Virus record (IMG/VR): IMGVR_UViG_3300008266_011056
DNA from: an uncultured virus (IMG/VR IMGVR_UViG_3300008266_011056)
Lineage: Duplodnaviria; Heunggongvirae; Uroviricota; Caudoviricetes
Length of the DNA: 64,000 nucleotides
Reading direction: 5' to 3' (one strand)
The translations under genes were made by a program, and so were the position numbers. Shown here one piece after another: positions 37,965 to 50,300 of this stretch (its first letter is position 1; each line of letters begins with the position of its first letter). The notes beneath the pieces were generated by a model. It saw nothing but the letters and a program-made list of their open reading frames with translations, did no database searches and had not been told where the DNA came from.

Positions 37965-38210
37965 TTATTGGCCAAAAATTACGGAAAGGGCAGTTAATCT
38001 ACCAAAGATAGCCCCTCCATTAAGTTTAGGCCCTGTAACAGAATTATCAGCCAATTTATCCGTGGTAATAGCTTGATCTTGCAAGTCAACAGTTGCTACT
38101 GCACCAGCGGCAATTTTATCTGTTGTCACCGAATTATTAGCTAATTTAGCAGTATCAATGCTATCGTTTTCAACAACATTTTCTGCTGGTTTAGATCCTA
38201 TGTATGCCAT
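37965..38210 (-). CDS. Small fibre-associated protein with 10-aa repeats
   Basis: MAYIG N-terminus; repeats of the form (S/A)(V/I)TTDK(L/I)A; AAGG RBS. Confidence 0.65.
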   Translation of the reverse strand: MAYIGSKPAENVVENDSIDTAKLANNSVTTDKIAAGAVATVDLQDQAITTDKLADNSVTGPKLNGGAIFGRLTALSVIFGQ

Positions 38211-38219
38211 GTAAAACCT

Positions 38220-38624
38220 TTAGATCGGTAATGTGTTATTTTGTTCAGGAACTTCTTTTTCACCAGCAATTTCCCACGATAGCGAATCTTCGTTCCAATT
38301 ATAATAGTATTTATCGTCAATAGGATAAGGTGTTGGCGCTTCCCAGATTAACTCTTCGCGGTTTAAAATCCAAGAAGGGTAAGGCGAAGGATCTATAAAA
38401 GCATCTTTTTCCTCATCATATCTATAACCAATAGCAGCAAACTTGTTTCTAATTCTATTATTATAAGATGTTTGCTTCCATCTATCAGTAGTTTTTAAAA
38501 GATTTTGTAGATAAATTTCACCTACTTCTTCAAACTCACCACCGCTATTCCTGATGATACTATCATCAACAACAACTACTTCGGTTACAATGTTATCACT
38601 ATTAAGTCTTGCAAAATGTGCCAT
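38220..38624 (-). CDS. Conserved phage protein, probable fibre assembly chaperone
   Basis: MAHFA...WKQTSYN...RNKFAAIGY.YD...DAFI.P.PYPSW...WEAP.PYP...WNE; this family is typically downstream of glycine-rich fibre genes. Confidence 0.65.
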   Translation of the reverse strand: MAHFARLNSDNIVTEVVVVDDSIIRNSGGEFEEVGEIYLQNLLKTTDRWKQTSYNNRIRNKFAAIGYRYDEEKDAFIDPSPYPSWILNREELIWEAPTPYPIDDKYYYNWNEDSLSWEIAGEKEVPEQNNTLPI

Positions 38625-41600
38625 TAGAATGTAATCGTCCCTGAACTTAAGAATTTATAAATGTGTGAACCTTTTCTTTGTCTATAAATCACTCTACCTG
38701 TGGTGCTTATTGCACGAGGATACTGATCTGAGTATCTAAATATTACCACACCCGATCCTCCAGCTCCTCCTGCTACCGAGTTATTATTAATTCCAGTAAA
38801 TCCGGCGCCGCCGCCTCCAGAGTTAGGCTCTCCATCGAATTGTGTTAAATAAAAATACGTTTCTGTATTACGGGTATAAGCCCCTCCGCCTTGACCACCA
38901 GGTTGTAAACCGTATAATCTAACAGTTCCAGCACCATTAACACTCGATCCTGCTCCCCCTCCACCATAGTAAATAGGTATATCTAATCCATCGGTAAAGA
39001 ATGCTCTACCATCTCCTCCAGCACCGGGAGTAAATGGACCGGTACCTGTAAATCCGGCAATATTAAAATTATTACCACCAGGAGCCCCGGCACCTCCACC
39101 CCCACCAGATACTACAATCCTACCACTACTAAAAATATTTCCATTATTACCGTTGTTCCCATACCCTATAAAAGGAGGGATACTATTTTGATTACTAAAA
39201 CCAAAAATATTAGAGAAGGCATTACCGCCACCTCCAGAACCACCATCAGCCGGTGTTCCTGTATCTGAACCTGTACCTCTTCCACCCCCTATAGCTGTGT
39301 AAGTAACATTACCAGGGGTAATAATATATGAGTTTGATCCGTTAGTTGCTGTAGAACGTCTAGGTCTACCTACTGTAGCTTCACTAAATGCAGTGGTATC
39401 GACACCGTATTGAGATCTTGCTCCACCCGCACCGACTACGACTGTATATGTACCTTTTTGTAAGGAAAGGGATGTAGTATGTAAAATTCCACCACCACCA
39501 GCGCCTGTTGCATGAATACTACTAGTATTAGCAGCATTAGTAGCTCCACCTCCACCTCCCCCGGCTACAATCAGTACTTCTGATTGAGATGAAGTAATAT
39601 TACCTGTAGCACTACTAATAATGTTAGCTGCTAACCCAGAATAGTGATGAGGATAAGGTGCCGTAGGAACGGTTAACTCTTCACGTCTTTCATCCCCATA
39701 AGTTATTCTTAAATCAGATACGTAACCATTAAATCCTGAATTAGCTTGATTAGAAAATTCTGTACCAATTAATAATGCATTTCCTGATGTGGTGTGCGCC
39801 CAGTTCATTCTGGAAACATTACCATTAGCCACTTCTATGCCATCTTGAAGTATTCTTGCATTAGTTGCACCATCTCTGTCAGATAAAATTACTGAGACAT
39901 GTGTCCATTGATATTCTGGTACTATACGTGAACCAGTAATAAACGAGTTAGAGGTTGTATTTTGTGCAACAAAAAGACTTAAGTTTCTATTGTAAATACC
40001 TACATTTAATAAAGTTTGACCTACGGATAAAATACTTTCGGCAGTATTAAATGGCAATCCTGTGGTAAGAGATAATGGATATACCCAAAAATCTATTCTT
40101 CCAACTAACGAACTTGCATTAGACATCCATTCTATAGGTAAAGGTATAGCATTACCAGCTGCTTTTACCTCCACTCTCGAACCAGAAGATCCATTTACAA
40201 ATACACTGTTTACAGTATTATCAAGTGGTCCAAATCTCTTTGGTCTAGCATCACCTACAATAGAGATGCTCATATTACCAGATCTATCAATGATATCTGG
40301 ATTGTCAAAATGTAACAAAAGTACTGTATTAGATCCAGGAAATGTAGTGTTTACATTTGCTGTAGAAGTATAACTAGCAGCCGAATTTGCACCATCTAGC
40401 TGCAAGGGCCCTAAAATAGGGGGTATAAAATTACCTGTGTAAACTGCGTCACCTCTAACTACTCTAACTTGAGAATGATGTGCAAAAGCTGTTTGACCTG
40501 TGGTGTGTCTTGCGTCACCAATTCGTAAAGGAGCTCCTGTAGTATTAATATTACCAGCAAAAGTAGCAGATAAAATTCTTCTACCATTTATATAAAGATT
40601 AGCTATGTTTGCATTATCTCTAGTAACTGCATAATGATACCATTGATTTAAATGAACTACTGAATTTGCTTCACCACGGTTTGTGTTGTTAATCCAAAGA
40701 TCACCAGCACCTGTAGTTGGTCTAAATAATATTCCATCGGTGTACTGTCCTAATTCAAAAACGGCTCCAACTGATGCTGCATTGGAAGACATGTAACACC
40801 AACCTTCAATAGTAAAGGCTCTATCGAATCTGAACAAGCTAACATTAGATGTAGTTTCAACATAGGAAAGTCGAGTTGTTCCATCATTGTAAATGCTATA
40901 GGTTCTTGCTTTTACATTAGCATTAGCTGCAGTATCTTTATAGAAAGGAGTGAATGCGGTAATTACTGGTTCTAAAAATCTACCTTGTGGTTCTATTCCA
41001 TCTCCCGAAAAACTGCTCATCGAACCATGTGAAGTAAACCAAGTAGTTGCAGTTCCGGTAATTGACCCGGCGACGTTTACACCTGTATGACCAATGACTG
41101 TATCAGTAATAGGAACTGTAGATGGAGTAAAGTTACCACTGACTAAAGCCTGTCCTTTTATAATTCTACAACCACTAATAAAACCTTTAAAAGCGCTTGA
41201 GTTAATAGGTGAATCATCTAATAATCTATTAAATGCAAGTGTTGTATTACCACCGTAGGTTGTAGACCCGGTAACTGAACCAGATGTTGAACCAGTAGCT
41301 TTACCATCAACATACATAGTAATAGTGTTACCGGAACGAGTAATTAATACATGATGCCAATTATTAAGTGTAAATGCATTGGTAGCTGACGTAGTGACAG
41401 GTCCTAAAGCATTATTAAAAAATCTAATTTGATTATTAGCTAATAATGAAATAGAAAAATTAGTTCCGTTTGCAGAACCGAACGTACCTGAAGATAGGAT
41501 ATGAGCATTAGCATTTGCACGTGCGATATCTAACCTATTAACAAACATCCAGAATTCAATAGTAAAATCACCTGATCCTAGATCCCATCTATTATGTGTT

Positions 41601-41953
41601 CCGCTATAGATTACAGAAGGAGCTCCTGCAGTGGTATTAGCTCCCCAACCTACGTTAGAATATCTTTGAATAGCAAGACTATAACCTAGATCGCTTAATG
41701 GCCCGAAGGTACCTGTAAATGGGCGACCACTGACCGTCAGGACCATATCAGGAATTGCAATGTTGTTTGCAGTTCTACTAGCCGTGGAGTTTGTACCATC
41801 CTCAAAAATAGGATCTAAATGAAATATAGTCTTGTTTACATAACGATCACCATCCTCTGTAGATGTAACAGATACTAAATAATTCTTCGAGGTATTCTTT
41901 ACCTGCCCAAGCGATTTAGCAGAAGCTGAGGCAAGTGTCTGTAAGACTGGCAT
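38624..41953 (-). CDS. Virion fibre protein with LamG domains and a C-terminal glycine-rich domain
   Basis: Three LamG-like units (FTIEFW, FTIEGW, IDFW), then LIVAGGGGGG...YYGGGGAG...GGSGVVIFRY. Confidence 0.8.
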   Translation of the reverse strand: MPVLQTLASASAKSLGQVKNTSKNYLVSVTSTEDGDRYVNKTIFHLDPIFEDGTNSTASRTANNIAIPDMVLTVSGRPFTGTFGPLSDLGYSLAIQRYSNVGWGANTTAGAPSVIYSGTHNRWDLGSGDFTIEFWMFVNRLDIARANANAHILSSGTFGSANGTNFSISLLANNQIRFFNNALGPVTTSATNAFTLNNWHHVLITRSGNTITMYVDGKATGSTSGSVTGSTTYGGNTTLAFNRLLDDSPINSSAFKGFISGCRIIKGQALVSGNFTPSTVPITDTVIGHTGVNVAGSITGTATTWFTSHGSMSSFSGDGIEPQGRFLEPVITAFTPFYKDTAANANVKARTYSIYNDGTTRLSYVETTSNVSLFRFDRAFTIEGWCYMSSNAASVGAVFELGQYTDGILFRPTTGAGDLWINNTNRGEANSVVHLNQWYHYAVTRDNANIANLYINGRRILSATFAGNINTTGAPLRIGDARHTTGQTAFAHHSQVRVVRGDAVYTGNFIPPILGPLQLDGANSAASYTSTANVNTTFPGSNTVLLLHFDNPDIIDRSGNMSISIVGDARPKRFGPLDNTVNSVFVNGSSGSRVEVKAAGNAIPLPIEWMSNASSLVGRIDFWVYPLSLTTGLPFNTAESILSVGQTLLNVGIYNRNLSLFVAQNTTSNSFITGSRIVPEYQWTHVSVILSDRDGATNARILQDGIEVANGNVSRMNWAHTTSGNALLIGTEFSNQANSGFNGYVSDLRITYGDERREELTVPTAPYPHHYSGLAANIISSATGNITSSQSEVLIVAGGGGGGATNAANTSSIHATGAGGGGILHTTSLSLQKGTYTVVVGAGGARSQYGVDTTAFSEATVGRPRRSTATNGSNSYIITPGNVTYTAIGGGRGTGSDTGTPADGGSGGGGNAFSNIFGFSNQNSIPPFIGYGNNGNNGNIFSSGRIVVSGGGGGAGAPGGNNFNIAGFTGTGPFTPGAGGDGRAFFTDGLDIPIYYGGGGAGSSVNGAGTVRLYGLQPGGQGGGAYTRNTETYFYLTQFDGEPNSGGGGAGFTGINNNSVAGGAGGSGVVIFRYSDQYPRAISTTGRVIYRQRKGSHIYKFLSSGTITF

Positions 41954-41954
41954 A

Positions 41955-42731
41955 TTAACCTATTCCAAATTGCGATTGTGAAGCAAGAACTGTATATGTA
42001 TTTACGTCTGTTTTAAGTACAGAAATATTGTAAAGATCTATACTATTTGAGTTACCACCAGTAGGTGCAACATTACCTAACCATCTTGGAGTTTGAGTAA
42101 CATTATCCACTCTAATATTTACACCATACCCAGTACTTCCATTAGTTAAAGCTACTACCGAAGTAAGTATTTGACCATTAGCAAGCATCGAATTTAATGT
42201 TGTCGAGGAATCACCACGTACGTTAATAGTTATAGTACCAGGATTATTACCGGTGTAGTAGACAAATGAATTATTTTTAACGTCGATATTAGCTTGTAGA
42301 GGAGGAGCAGAGTTAATTACATTAGCTGTTTCAATTAAATAAGTCAAAGAGCTTAGCTTAGCAGCAGTAACAGCACCATCAGCAAGCTTATTCGTAGTTA
42401 CAGCACTGTTAACTAATTGTGTTGTGTTTACTGCATCAGGTGATACCGCTGAAGCAGAACCACCATAGTAAGTGGCTGCCCCGAAAAACTTAACACCTGC
42501 TCTAGGTGGGGTATCAAAAGTAATGGTAGACCCGTTAATAGAGTAAGCAGATAAGGGCTCTTGCCATACACCATCTAAAGATATATTGACACTAACACTG
42601 CTACCAGGAAACACTTCTGTTCCATTAATTCTTAAGGTAAAGTTGACAGATACACCGTCAAATGAACTCGATATGTCATCGAGCTTTGCAACCGATTTAT
42701 CTGAAACGGTTGTTGCGCCTAAGTAAGTCAT
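41955..42731 (-). CDS. Fibre/baseplate-associated virion protein
   Basis: KLDDISSSFDG...SLDGVWQEP...ITFDTPP domain, VTTNKLA repeats and a C-terminal domain shared with 42752..43213. Confidence 0.65.
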   Translation of the reverse strand: MTYLGATTVSDKSVAKLDDISSSFDGVSVNFTLRINGTEVFPGSSVSVNISLDGVWQEPLSAYSINGSTITFDTPPRAGVKFFGAATYYGGSASAVSPDAVNTTQLVNSAVTTNKLADGAVTAAKLSSLTYLIETANVINSAPPLQANIDVKNNSFVYYTGNNPGTITINVRGDSSTTLNSMLANGQILTSVVALTNGSTGYGVNIRVDNVTQTPRWLGNVAPTGGNSNSIDLYNISVLKTDVNTYTVLASQSQFGIG

Positions 42732-42751
42732 TTAAATTCCTATGTTAAACA

Positions 42752-43213
42752 TTAACCGGTACCAAAATTTACCTTTTCACCGTATACATTATAAGTGGCA
42801 CTTCCAGTTTTAAATACTCTTAAGTGATATAAATCCGTGTTATATGAGCTTCCTGAAGGTCTGGTATTACCTGACCATAAAGTACTTTGAACAACACCAT
42901 CAATAGCAACATTAGCGACATAACCAGTTAATCCGTTAGTAATTCCAGCTATAATCTCTACTGATTCACCGGTAGCTAAAGATGCATTAAGTGTTGTAGT
43001 AGAATTACCTCTTAAATTTAAAGTAACATTACCACTGGTAGTACCTGTAAATAGGTAGGTAGCGTTAGATAAAACATCAATATTTTGGGAACCAATAATA
43101 CCTGCCGTAGATACAATATTAGCTGTGCTAATAATTCTATTAACAGACGCTAATTTATTTGAAGTAATATTGTTATCTTCTATACTAAAATTTCTAAGTT
43201 TAGTTAAAGGCAT
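42752..43213 (-). CDS. Fibre-associated virion protein
   Basis: C-terminal domain (NxRGxSxTTLN...TNGxTGY...W.GN..P...DLY....KT) paralogous to 41955..42731. Confidence 0.62.
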   Translation of the reverse strand: MPLTKLRNFSIEDNNITSNKLASVNRIISTANIVSTAGIIGSQNIDVLSNATYLFTGTTSGNVTLNLRGNSTTTLNASLATGESVEIIAGITNGLTGYVANVAIDGVVQSTLWSGNTRPSGSSYNTDLYHLRVFKTGSATYNVYGEKVNFGTG

Positions 43214-43222
43214 TTCAACCTC

Positions 43223-43561
43223 TTATGGTGTTTGTTCTAGTATAGACATAATTGCATCTAATGAAGATGCAGCTGATGACCTTACCATAATCTTGTCACC
43301 TTCTGTTAGAACAATCTTTTGATCCCCACCTACGGCTACTAAAGAACCTCCGGCTGGAACTGGTGCGTCTTTAACAATATAGGTGTTTCCTGCAGTATTA
43401 TCCGAAAACATAATACTTGCTGTAATTGAAGCTGCAGATGTGTTTGCTATGGTTAGACCGATAATAACTGTTCGAACACCTGCACCAGTAGTATATGAAC
43501 CAATTATAGTATTTGCAGTCCCTACACTATTTGATAGTTTGCGATTAAAAATATTAGCCAC
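43223..43561 (-). CDS. Small virion structural protein
   Basis: MANIF...IIGLTIAN...IVKDAPVPAGGSL...KIVL..GD...S.LE; strong AGGAG RBS. Confidence 0.65.
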   Translation of the reverse strand: MANIFNRKLSNSVGTANTIIGSYTTGAGVRTVIIGLTIANTSAASITASIMFSDNTAGNTYIVKDAPVPAGGSLVAVGGDQKIVLTEGDKIMVRSSAASSLDAIMSILEQTP

Positions 43562-43573
43562 TTTTTTCTCCTG

Positions 43574-44110
43574 TTATCCTAAGGCTATAGCGAATGGAAT
43601 TGGGTCTGCAAAAGCTCCTACATCAAGCCCTAAATTTAAAAGAGCCTGGGTTCCGTTAGTAGCCCCAGTACCACCTGAAGATACTGGTAGAGGGGTAGTA
43701 AGTGCAGTGATATTTCCACCTGAAATCTCTACATTAGATGATATAACATTACCCGTAAAGACAGAGGATAGTAATGTAATACCTGTTAATGTCGAGTTAC
43801 TTATTGTAACGTTAGAACCAAAAGAGTCTGAAATGTTACCTCTTAAGGAAATGTTACTAGTTAAGCTAACACTCGAAATAGAAACCCCGGAAATAGTACC
43901 ACCAGTAATAGTAACATTACTGGTACTTTCGCTGGCAATTTCATTAATAGCCGAAACCAGGTTAGATTTATTAAAAGTGGTTAGCTGTGATAATACACCT
44001 GAGTTTGCTTCTATTGAATTAATATCAGATAGAAGATTAGAAAAGTTATTATCCACTTCTAAGTTAGTAAGTGGTGTACCTTTAACTAATCGCAGCGTTA
44101 AAATTGCCAT
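43574..44110 (-). CDS. Short fibre-like virion protein
   Basis: N-terminal R..KG.PLT..EVD.NF attachment motif, KSNLVSAINE, Ser/Thr-rich repeats and LPVSSGGTGAT. Confidence 0.7.
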   Translation of the reverse strand: MAILTLRLVKGTPLTNLEVDNNFSNLLSDINSIEANSGVLSQLTTFNKSNLVSAINEIASESTSNVTITGGTISGVSISSVSLTSNISLRGNISDSFGSNVTISNSTLTGITLLSSVFTGNVISSNVEISGGNITALTTPLPVSSGGTGATNGTQALLNLGLDVGAFADPIPFAIALG

Positions 44111-44135
44111 TTGTTTACCTTGTTAAAATCATTTA

Positions 44136-44363
44136 TTATTTATTTTTTTCTTTTATGAGCTCTCGGAGCAAATCTTTAATTTCTGAAATTTCCTGTTTAA
44201 GCTCATTAATATCGTTGGTGTTATTTATTAATGATCTCATTAAAGCTACTTTTCTACGATGATCCTGTAGTTTCTGGACATCCCTAGATAAAATAGCTTT
44301 AGAACGAGTATCTCTAACTAAGTCAGGTCTATCAATAACTTCAAGTTGTTCAGGATCACTCAT
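44136..44363 (-). CDS. Small coiled-coil protein conserved in T4-like phages
   Basis: LVRDTRSKAIL...INELKQEISEIKDLL; the ATG at 44363 overlaps the upstream stop. Confidence 0.7.
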   Translation of the reverse strand: MSDPEQLEVIDRPDLVRDTRSKAILSRDVQKLQDHRRKVALMRSLINNTNDINELKQEISEIKDLLRELIKEKNK

Positions 44364-47300
44364 CGAATGCAATAGCTCTCAAATCTCTAATAATCGGTAC
44401 CTTGGTAGTATCATCCGATAACATAACAATCTTAATCTGGAAAATACTAAACTTAGCACCGTCCGGTAATGCTGTTGTAAATGGATCATTTAGAGTAGGT
44501 GATGTTTCAAAAATAAATTCCGCAAAACCTTCTCTTTCGTTACCCACCTTATTTGTTTCATACATCAATGTCCATCTATTTTCTAACTCAAAGTTAGTAG
44601 TACCTGGAGCATTAACTTTATAATATACTTTAATACTTGAGTTCTTAGGTAAGAATGCGTTTAAATAGACTTTAATATCTTGTGATTCGAAGTCCGGATT
44701 TAAAACAACCTTTCTAGTGATATAGCGGGCTTGAGCATTTCCTCCTGCTATACCATCTTCACCAGTTGCATCATTGTTAATAATGTTACGTACAAGAACG
44801 GAACCTAATCTACCCATATCAATTACCGGGGAAATATAATCACTTGTAGATGCCATTAATAAATTAAGCTTCAATGTTTCACCGCTTGCTCTCAATACCA
44901 CTTTTCTAGTATTAAGAGGGTAATTAGTACCTAAATTATAGCGTAAGTATTGAATATCAGATAACGCCCCGATAATATTACCTCCACCATCATAACTAGG
45001 TGTTGAGGTTAAGAAAGCATAGGATGTAAATGTATCAGCGAATTCAATTAAATCACCCTGAGTATAGAATAGATCATATTCAGTATTAGCTACCGGTGTA
45101 GTTGAAGCCATTGTAACATTAGCTGTATTTTCTGTCAAGAATCTAGCTCTGTTAACTCTGATAGTTAAATCAGATAATGGTTCAGGTACCCATGAACGAG
45201 CATTTTGAGATAAGAACAATTCACCTAGATACGGCTGTTCTCTAATTCTCTCAGGGGTAGTAGTACCAAGTTTAAATTGACCCAATGTTGAGATGTATAG
45301 TCTGGCTTCAGTAGACATACATAAAACAACTACAGCGTATTCTTGAGGTGTTAAGTATACTGGTGTGTCAAATTTAAATCTTGTAAATTTACTTTGATCA
45401 AATGTAGTTGAAGCTACAATATCCTCTGCAGCTAAAGTTTTAGTCCCGAAAGGTAAAACTATATCTGCACTTGGTCTACCTTCGATAGCTGGTCTAATTT
45501 GAATTTGAACCGGTTGTACAGGGTCTTTAGATTGGAACCATAGATCAATTGAGCTTAAGAAGTAACCATCTGGGAAAGATCTTGCATCAACGATAAAAGT
45601 TTGAGCAACAGGGTCATAGTACTGAACTGTTGTGGATCTAGCAGAACTACCTACCACGGTATCAATTTCAAGTTTACCTGTAATTGCATTTACTTTTGCA
45701 AGTGTTGCCGGGCCGGTAGGTCCTTCAACATCAGCGGTTACAATTAATCTACCTTTAGGCCCTTTTGAGCGACCTACAGATGGTCTAGGGCTATCTTTAA
45801 ATAGTCTTAAAGAGAATGTTCTAGATTGACCAGGTAAAAGTGTAACTGGTAAAGAACCTAAAGTATTGGTCCACCTACCACCTAGTCTTGCATCTGTTCT
45901 ATCAGGATTAAGCCCTTCTGCATCGTCGTTACCTTTGGATTCTCCAGTTGTAATAATTTCATAAGAGAAATTATCTAGGGCAGTCATCTTACTAGTATCT
46001 ACAGAAATAGAATTAATAGTAATAGATCTATCCGTGTAGACGCTATCGTCCTCAGCTTTATATGTTCTAGAAGTTCGAGCTTGTGAAGGATTAGAAATTG
46101 TAAACTTATAATCACCTTTAGACCTAGAAGTTCTAATAACCTCACGGTCCACTTCACTAAGAACTACACCAGAAATACCATGTACGGTTTGAAGAGTTCT
46201 TCTAGCGTCTTCTTCAATAAAGAATGCGTGTGCATCTGCTGCTCTAATTGAACATTGACCTGGTGCTGTCTCTGGTAGTGTATTAGGGCAGGCAATAGCA
46301 GCAAATTGCCACCCTGTTCCTGGCATAGGAGCATCAACTGTTATATGACAAAACTCTTCACCTATATCGTGTTTAAAGAAAGTAATGTCAGCAAATCCCC
46401 CTGGAGGTGCACTAAACACATCTTCATAACCTAAATCTAACAATCTTTGATTAAAATTACGATTACCAATAAACCCTGTAGTATATTCTTCACCTCTGTA
46501 CCTTACGGTAAATTTTTCAGGTTGCCCGGAATCAGAAGCCTTAACTGATGTCCAACTCATAAAACCACCCATGACACCTGTTGTATAGGTATTAATTATT
46601 GCTGGAGTGTGCCAGCATCTAATTCTAACTAGTCCTGTTTTTACACCAAGATTAATTCTAAAATCATGGACACCTTGCCCTGTACCTACATCTACCCCAA
46701 TTCCAGTCCCTGGGGCGGAACCAGGGTTGTTCGGATTTCCGACAGCGGATCCAATACCACCAGATGCTTTAGCTCCTTCACCGCAAAATAAAGTACGAGA
46801 AGATCCCCCAGGTAGTGCTACAGAATTAGATTCAGCGGATGTCGCCGGCCCAGTAACTGTTGTTGAGGTAGTTTTGTTTACTGTTGCTCCAGCTTTAGTC
46901 TGGAACACGGGATTAATACTTACATCTTTTACTCGGGTAGCAACTATAGCTTCTTCTCTTGTTTGGGTAATACCTTGAGCAAGATAAATTGTTTCTGCTA
47001 CTGTCTCTTCTAAATCTCTATTCAAACTATTGGATAGTCTAAATGCACGTTCACCTACATTAAATCTCATAGCGTCATTATTTGGAATTGCAAATACACC
47101 AACAGCTTCCCCTCTTTCAGTGGTTATTAATCCATCTTCTGTGGACGGGAAGGTAACCCCTGTAACAGCATGAGTAGCCGTTACACCTGTATCTAGGTAA
47201 AGAGTAGCTACGTTACCTACAGCAAATACATTAGATTGTCCAGAATGTCTTACAAATAATACGGTAACATTAGGACCATCTTTTCTTTGGAAAATAACGC

Positions 47301-50300
47301 TTGCATTTGCATAAAGCCCACCACCAGACATAGTGTTTGACAAATAACGTACGTTTGCATTATTTAAATTAGAGTTAATTCTAATACGCGCAGCAGGGAA
47401 AACATAATCAGAAACATCTATATTATCAAAAGTAGCAAATAATTTAGTATTAGGTTTTAACTGTTGAGCTACAAATTCAATAGTTCTTGGGCGGATATAA
47501 GGTAATAAACTAGAATCAACGATTCTATTACCTATACTTGCATTAATAACACGTTCAGCCGAGTTAATTTCTAATCCTACTCTACCTTGAACTTGTTTAT
47601 AAGATGTATTAACTGTAGTTGTAGCTGTGGCTTGTGAGGTAATCCCCGCTGATAAATTAAGACCATCGGTCTTTAACTCTAAATTGTTATCAACTCTTAC
47701 TTCAGTAGAACCTGTTACTTGTAAATCTGTAATACCAGTGTTCTCCCAGTTGGAGAATTTCATCTGAGATGCAGTGGCATTAAATCCGTTTTTAGGTTCA
47801 ATAATAGTAAACGGATCATTCTCACCATTTAAATTAAAAATAACCGCTGGGTTAGTTTTGGTATCCTTCCAGAAGTCAGTTTGAGGGCTTAACTTCATTG
47901 TACCTACCCAATTGAATACAGCAAAAGGCATTAGTGGTACAGTGTTGGATGCTAAAGTTTGATCCACAACTCCAATAGCTTCTCTATAATCTATTGTTAA
48001 AATATCACCACTTAACTTAAAATTATTTGATTGAGGTAATACCGAGTATAGATAGGAATCAGCTACGAACATTGGTCGTAGTAATCTACGTTCGTAATCA
48101 ATGGAGCATCTTAGATCTTTATTACCTACATCACTTACCGAGTGACCAGCAAATGAATCTACCATAATTCCATTTTTAAATCTATCGATACCTGGAAGAG
48201 CGCTTGGTACTTTTTCATCAGCTGCAATTTTCTCTAAGAAACTTAGTGCAGTATAATATTCTAGTTTATTAATTCTTCTTTCTAATTTACCTATATCGCG
48301 CATTGTATAACGCTTGTTCTCATTATATACTAACTTTACATCCTCAGGTCTAGCAGTATACGGTGCAAGAGTGATGGTATAAATTGTCATTGCATCAGTT
48401 AGATCAGAAGGTAAGGTAGGTGTTTTTGCAGGAACACCTTTTATGACCTTCATCTTTCTATCTTTAGTAATTACAATTTTATCTTTTCTAGGTAAGTAAT
48501 AATCTACAGTTGTAGTAAATGTGGAATCTGGAACTGGAACTACAGGTGAAACAAATGTATTGCTATTTGGTAATCTCACTGCTCTAAAATCTAATACGTC
48601 TGAAAGATTTACTTTTCTACCTTGTGCGTTTGTGTAGGTAGGTATATCAGCAAAATCAAGATTTTGATAGGAATCGACAGTAAAATAACCGGTTTGATTT
48701 ACATCAGTATGTTCTAAAACTGTATAAGTAATTGTAAGATTAGGGTTAGTTGTAACATTAAGTAATGGAATGTTATTACCTGGAAGAGCTCTTAAAGTAG
48801 CGTGCTCATAATAATCATCACGCAAACCTGTATCCAAAGTAAAAAAGGATGCGGCAGAATTACCTGTGGCATCAATAACACTATTAATAGCTGATACATC
48901 AGGATAATCTAAAGAAATAACGGCTAAAAGATTGCCTGTAACGTTTCCGTCTGGATCTGCCGTAACTACTTTGACTCTGGTATTTGCATTTTTTAATTTA
49001 CTACCAGCCGAGCCTTGTCTATAATTTACAACAGCAAAAATATTTGCTGTGAACGACCCACCATCGGTTACAGTAAGCGTACTTCTGGATAAAGAACTTG
49101 TAGAAGATACCACGACATTAGACTTACCTGTTACACCAAATATTAATCTGGTACCTACCGGAGGACCAGATGCAGATGTAACTACTACACCTTGATAGTA
49201 TGAATTAGATAAAGTAGCAGATAATTCACCTGTTCCAGTAAATCTATTAGGTAAACCAACCTCAATCTGACCGGAAGATTTTCCACCACCTACAGATGTA
49301 AATTGAACGTCTTCAAATAATGTCCCGCCTAAAAACGAAATATTTGAAACTGCGTTTGGTGTTAAGGTTTTAACAAATCTCTGAGGTATTAGGAATAAAG
49401 AGGTATTATCTCTTTGCGGTGATATAATAGCAGCATTACCAAAACTTAATACATTACTATTAGCTAGAGGAGTTACAGAAGCTCCACTAATAGTGGCTGA
49501 AATAATACTGTTAGTTTCTGAAAATACGTTACTAGCGCCGGTAACATTATCTGTTTTCATGGCAATGTTGTACAGGTACATATTATAAACATTACCCGTA
49601 CCGGACCAGTCAACATATCTTACTCGGGCTGTACCGACTACATTAGCTTGAAAAGCTGCATTGCTTGAATAACTAACATTAGGTGCAGTACTTCTACTTA
49701 AGTAAACTAATTCAGCCTTGGTAGGATAAAACATCCCCGTAGGTTCATTTATTTGTATATAATTACCATAAGACAGTACTACAGGGAAGTCGGAGTCTCT
49801 TGCTGTGTCTAATGCTCTATCTAAAGTTAAATAAAGTGGAGCTGTAGTTTCAAATTCATAACCACGAACATAAGCTTTACCTGTAGATACTTTAATAGAA
49901 TGAGCTAAATTACTTCCGTATCTATGATTAACTACTTGCGCAATAAACGGTCTTACTGTATAATCACCAGATTCATCGTAAGTTCTACGCGCCATCATAC
50001 TTTCAACTTCATTAAAATCTGTTTTTAATGGAGGATTTAATAAGTCACCGTAGTAACATTTTGCAAGCTGAATAAAGTTAGGAATTTCTTGATCTTCAGA
50101 GCCTTCTACATCTGGATCAAAATTAATAACAGATAATTCTAAGTCAATAAAATAACGGTCTGCACCGGGTGCAAAGTAATTATTAGAACCAACTGCAGGA
50201 TCTAATAAAGACGGATCATCGTCAGAGTTAGCTATACCCTCTTTTATTTTTAAACCAATGATTGCTGAAGGTACCGAAGTTAATCGACCTACTACTGCAG

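Noticed and set aside
27896..41953. Diversity-generating retroelement acting on the fibre genes
   Set aside because: No reverse transcriptase in the window, and the paralogous segments differ at all base types rather than as an adenine-specific TR/VR pair.
43383..44126. 247-aa plus-strand ORF
   Set aside because: Antisense shadow of two well-supported minus-strand virion genes; no recognisable motif; explained by codon bias of Ser/Thr/Asn-rich genes.
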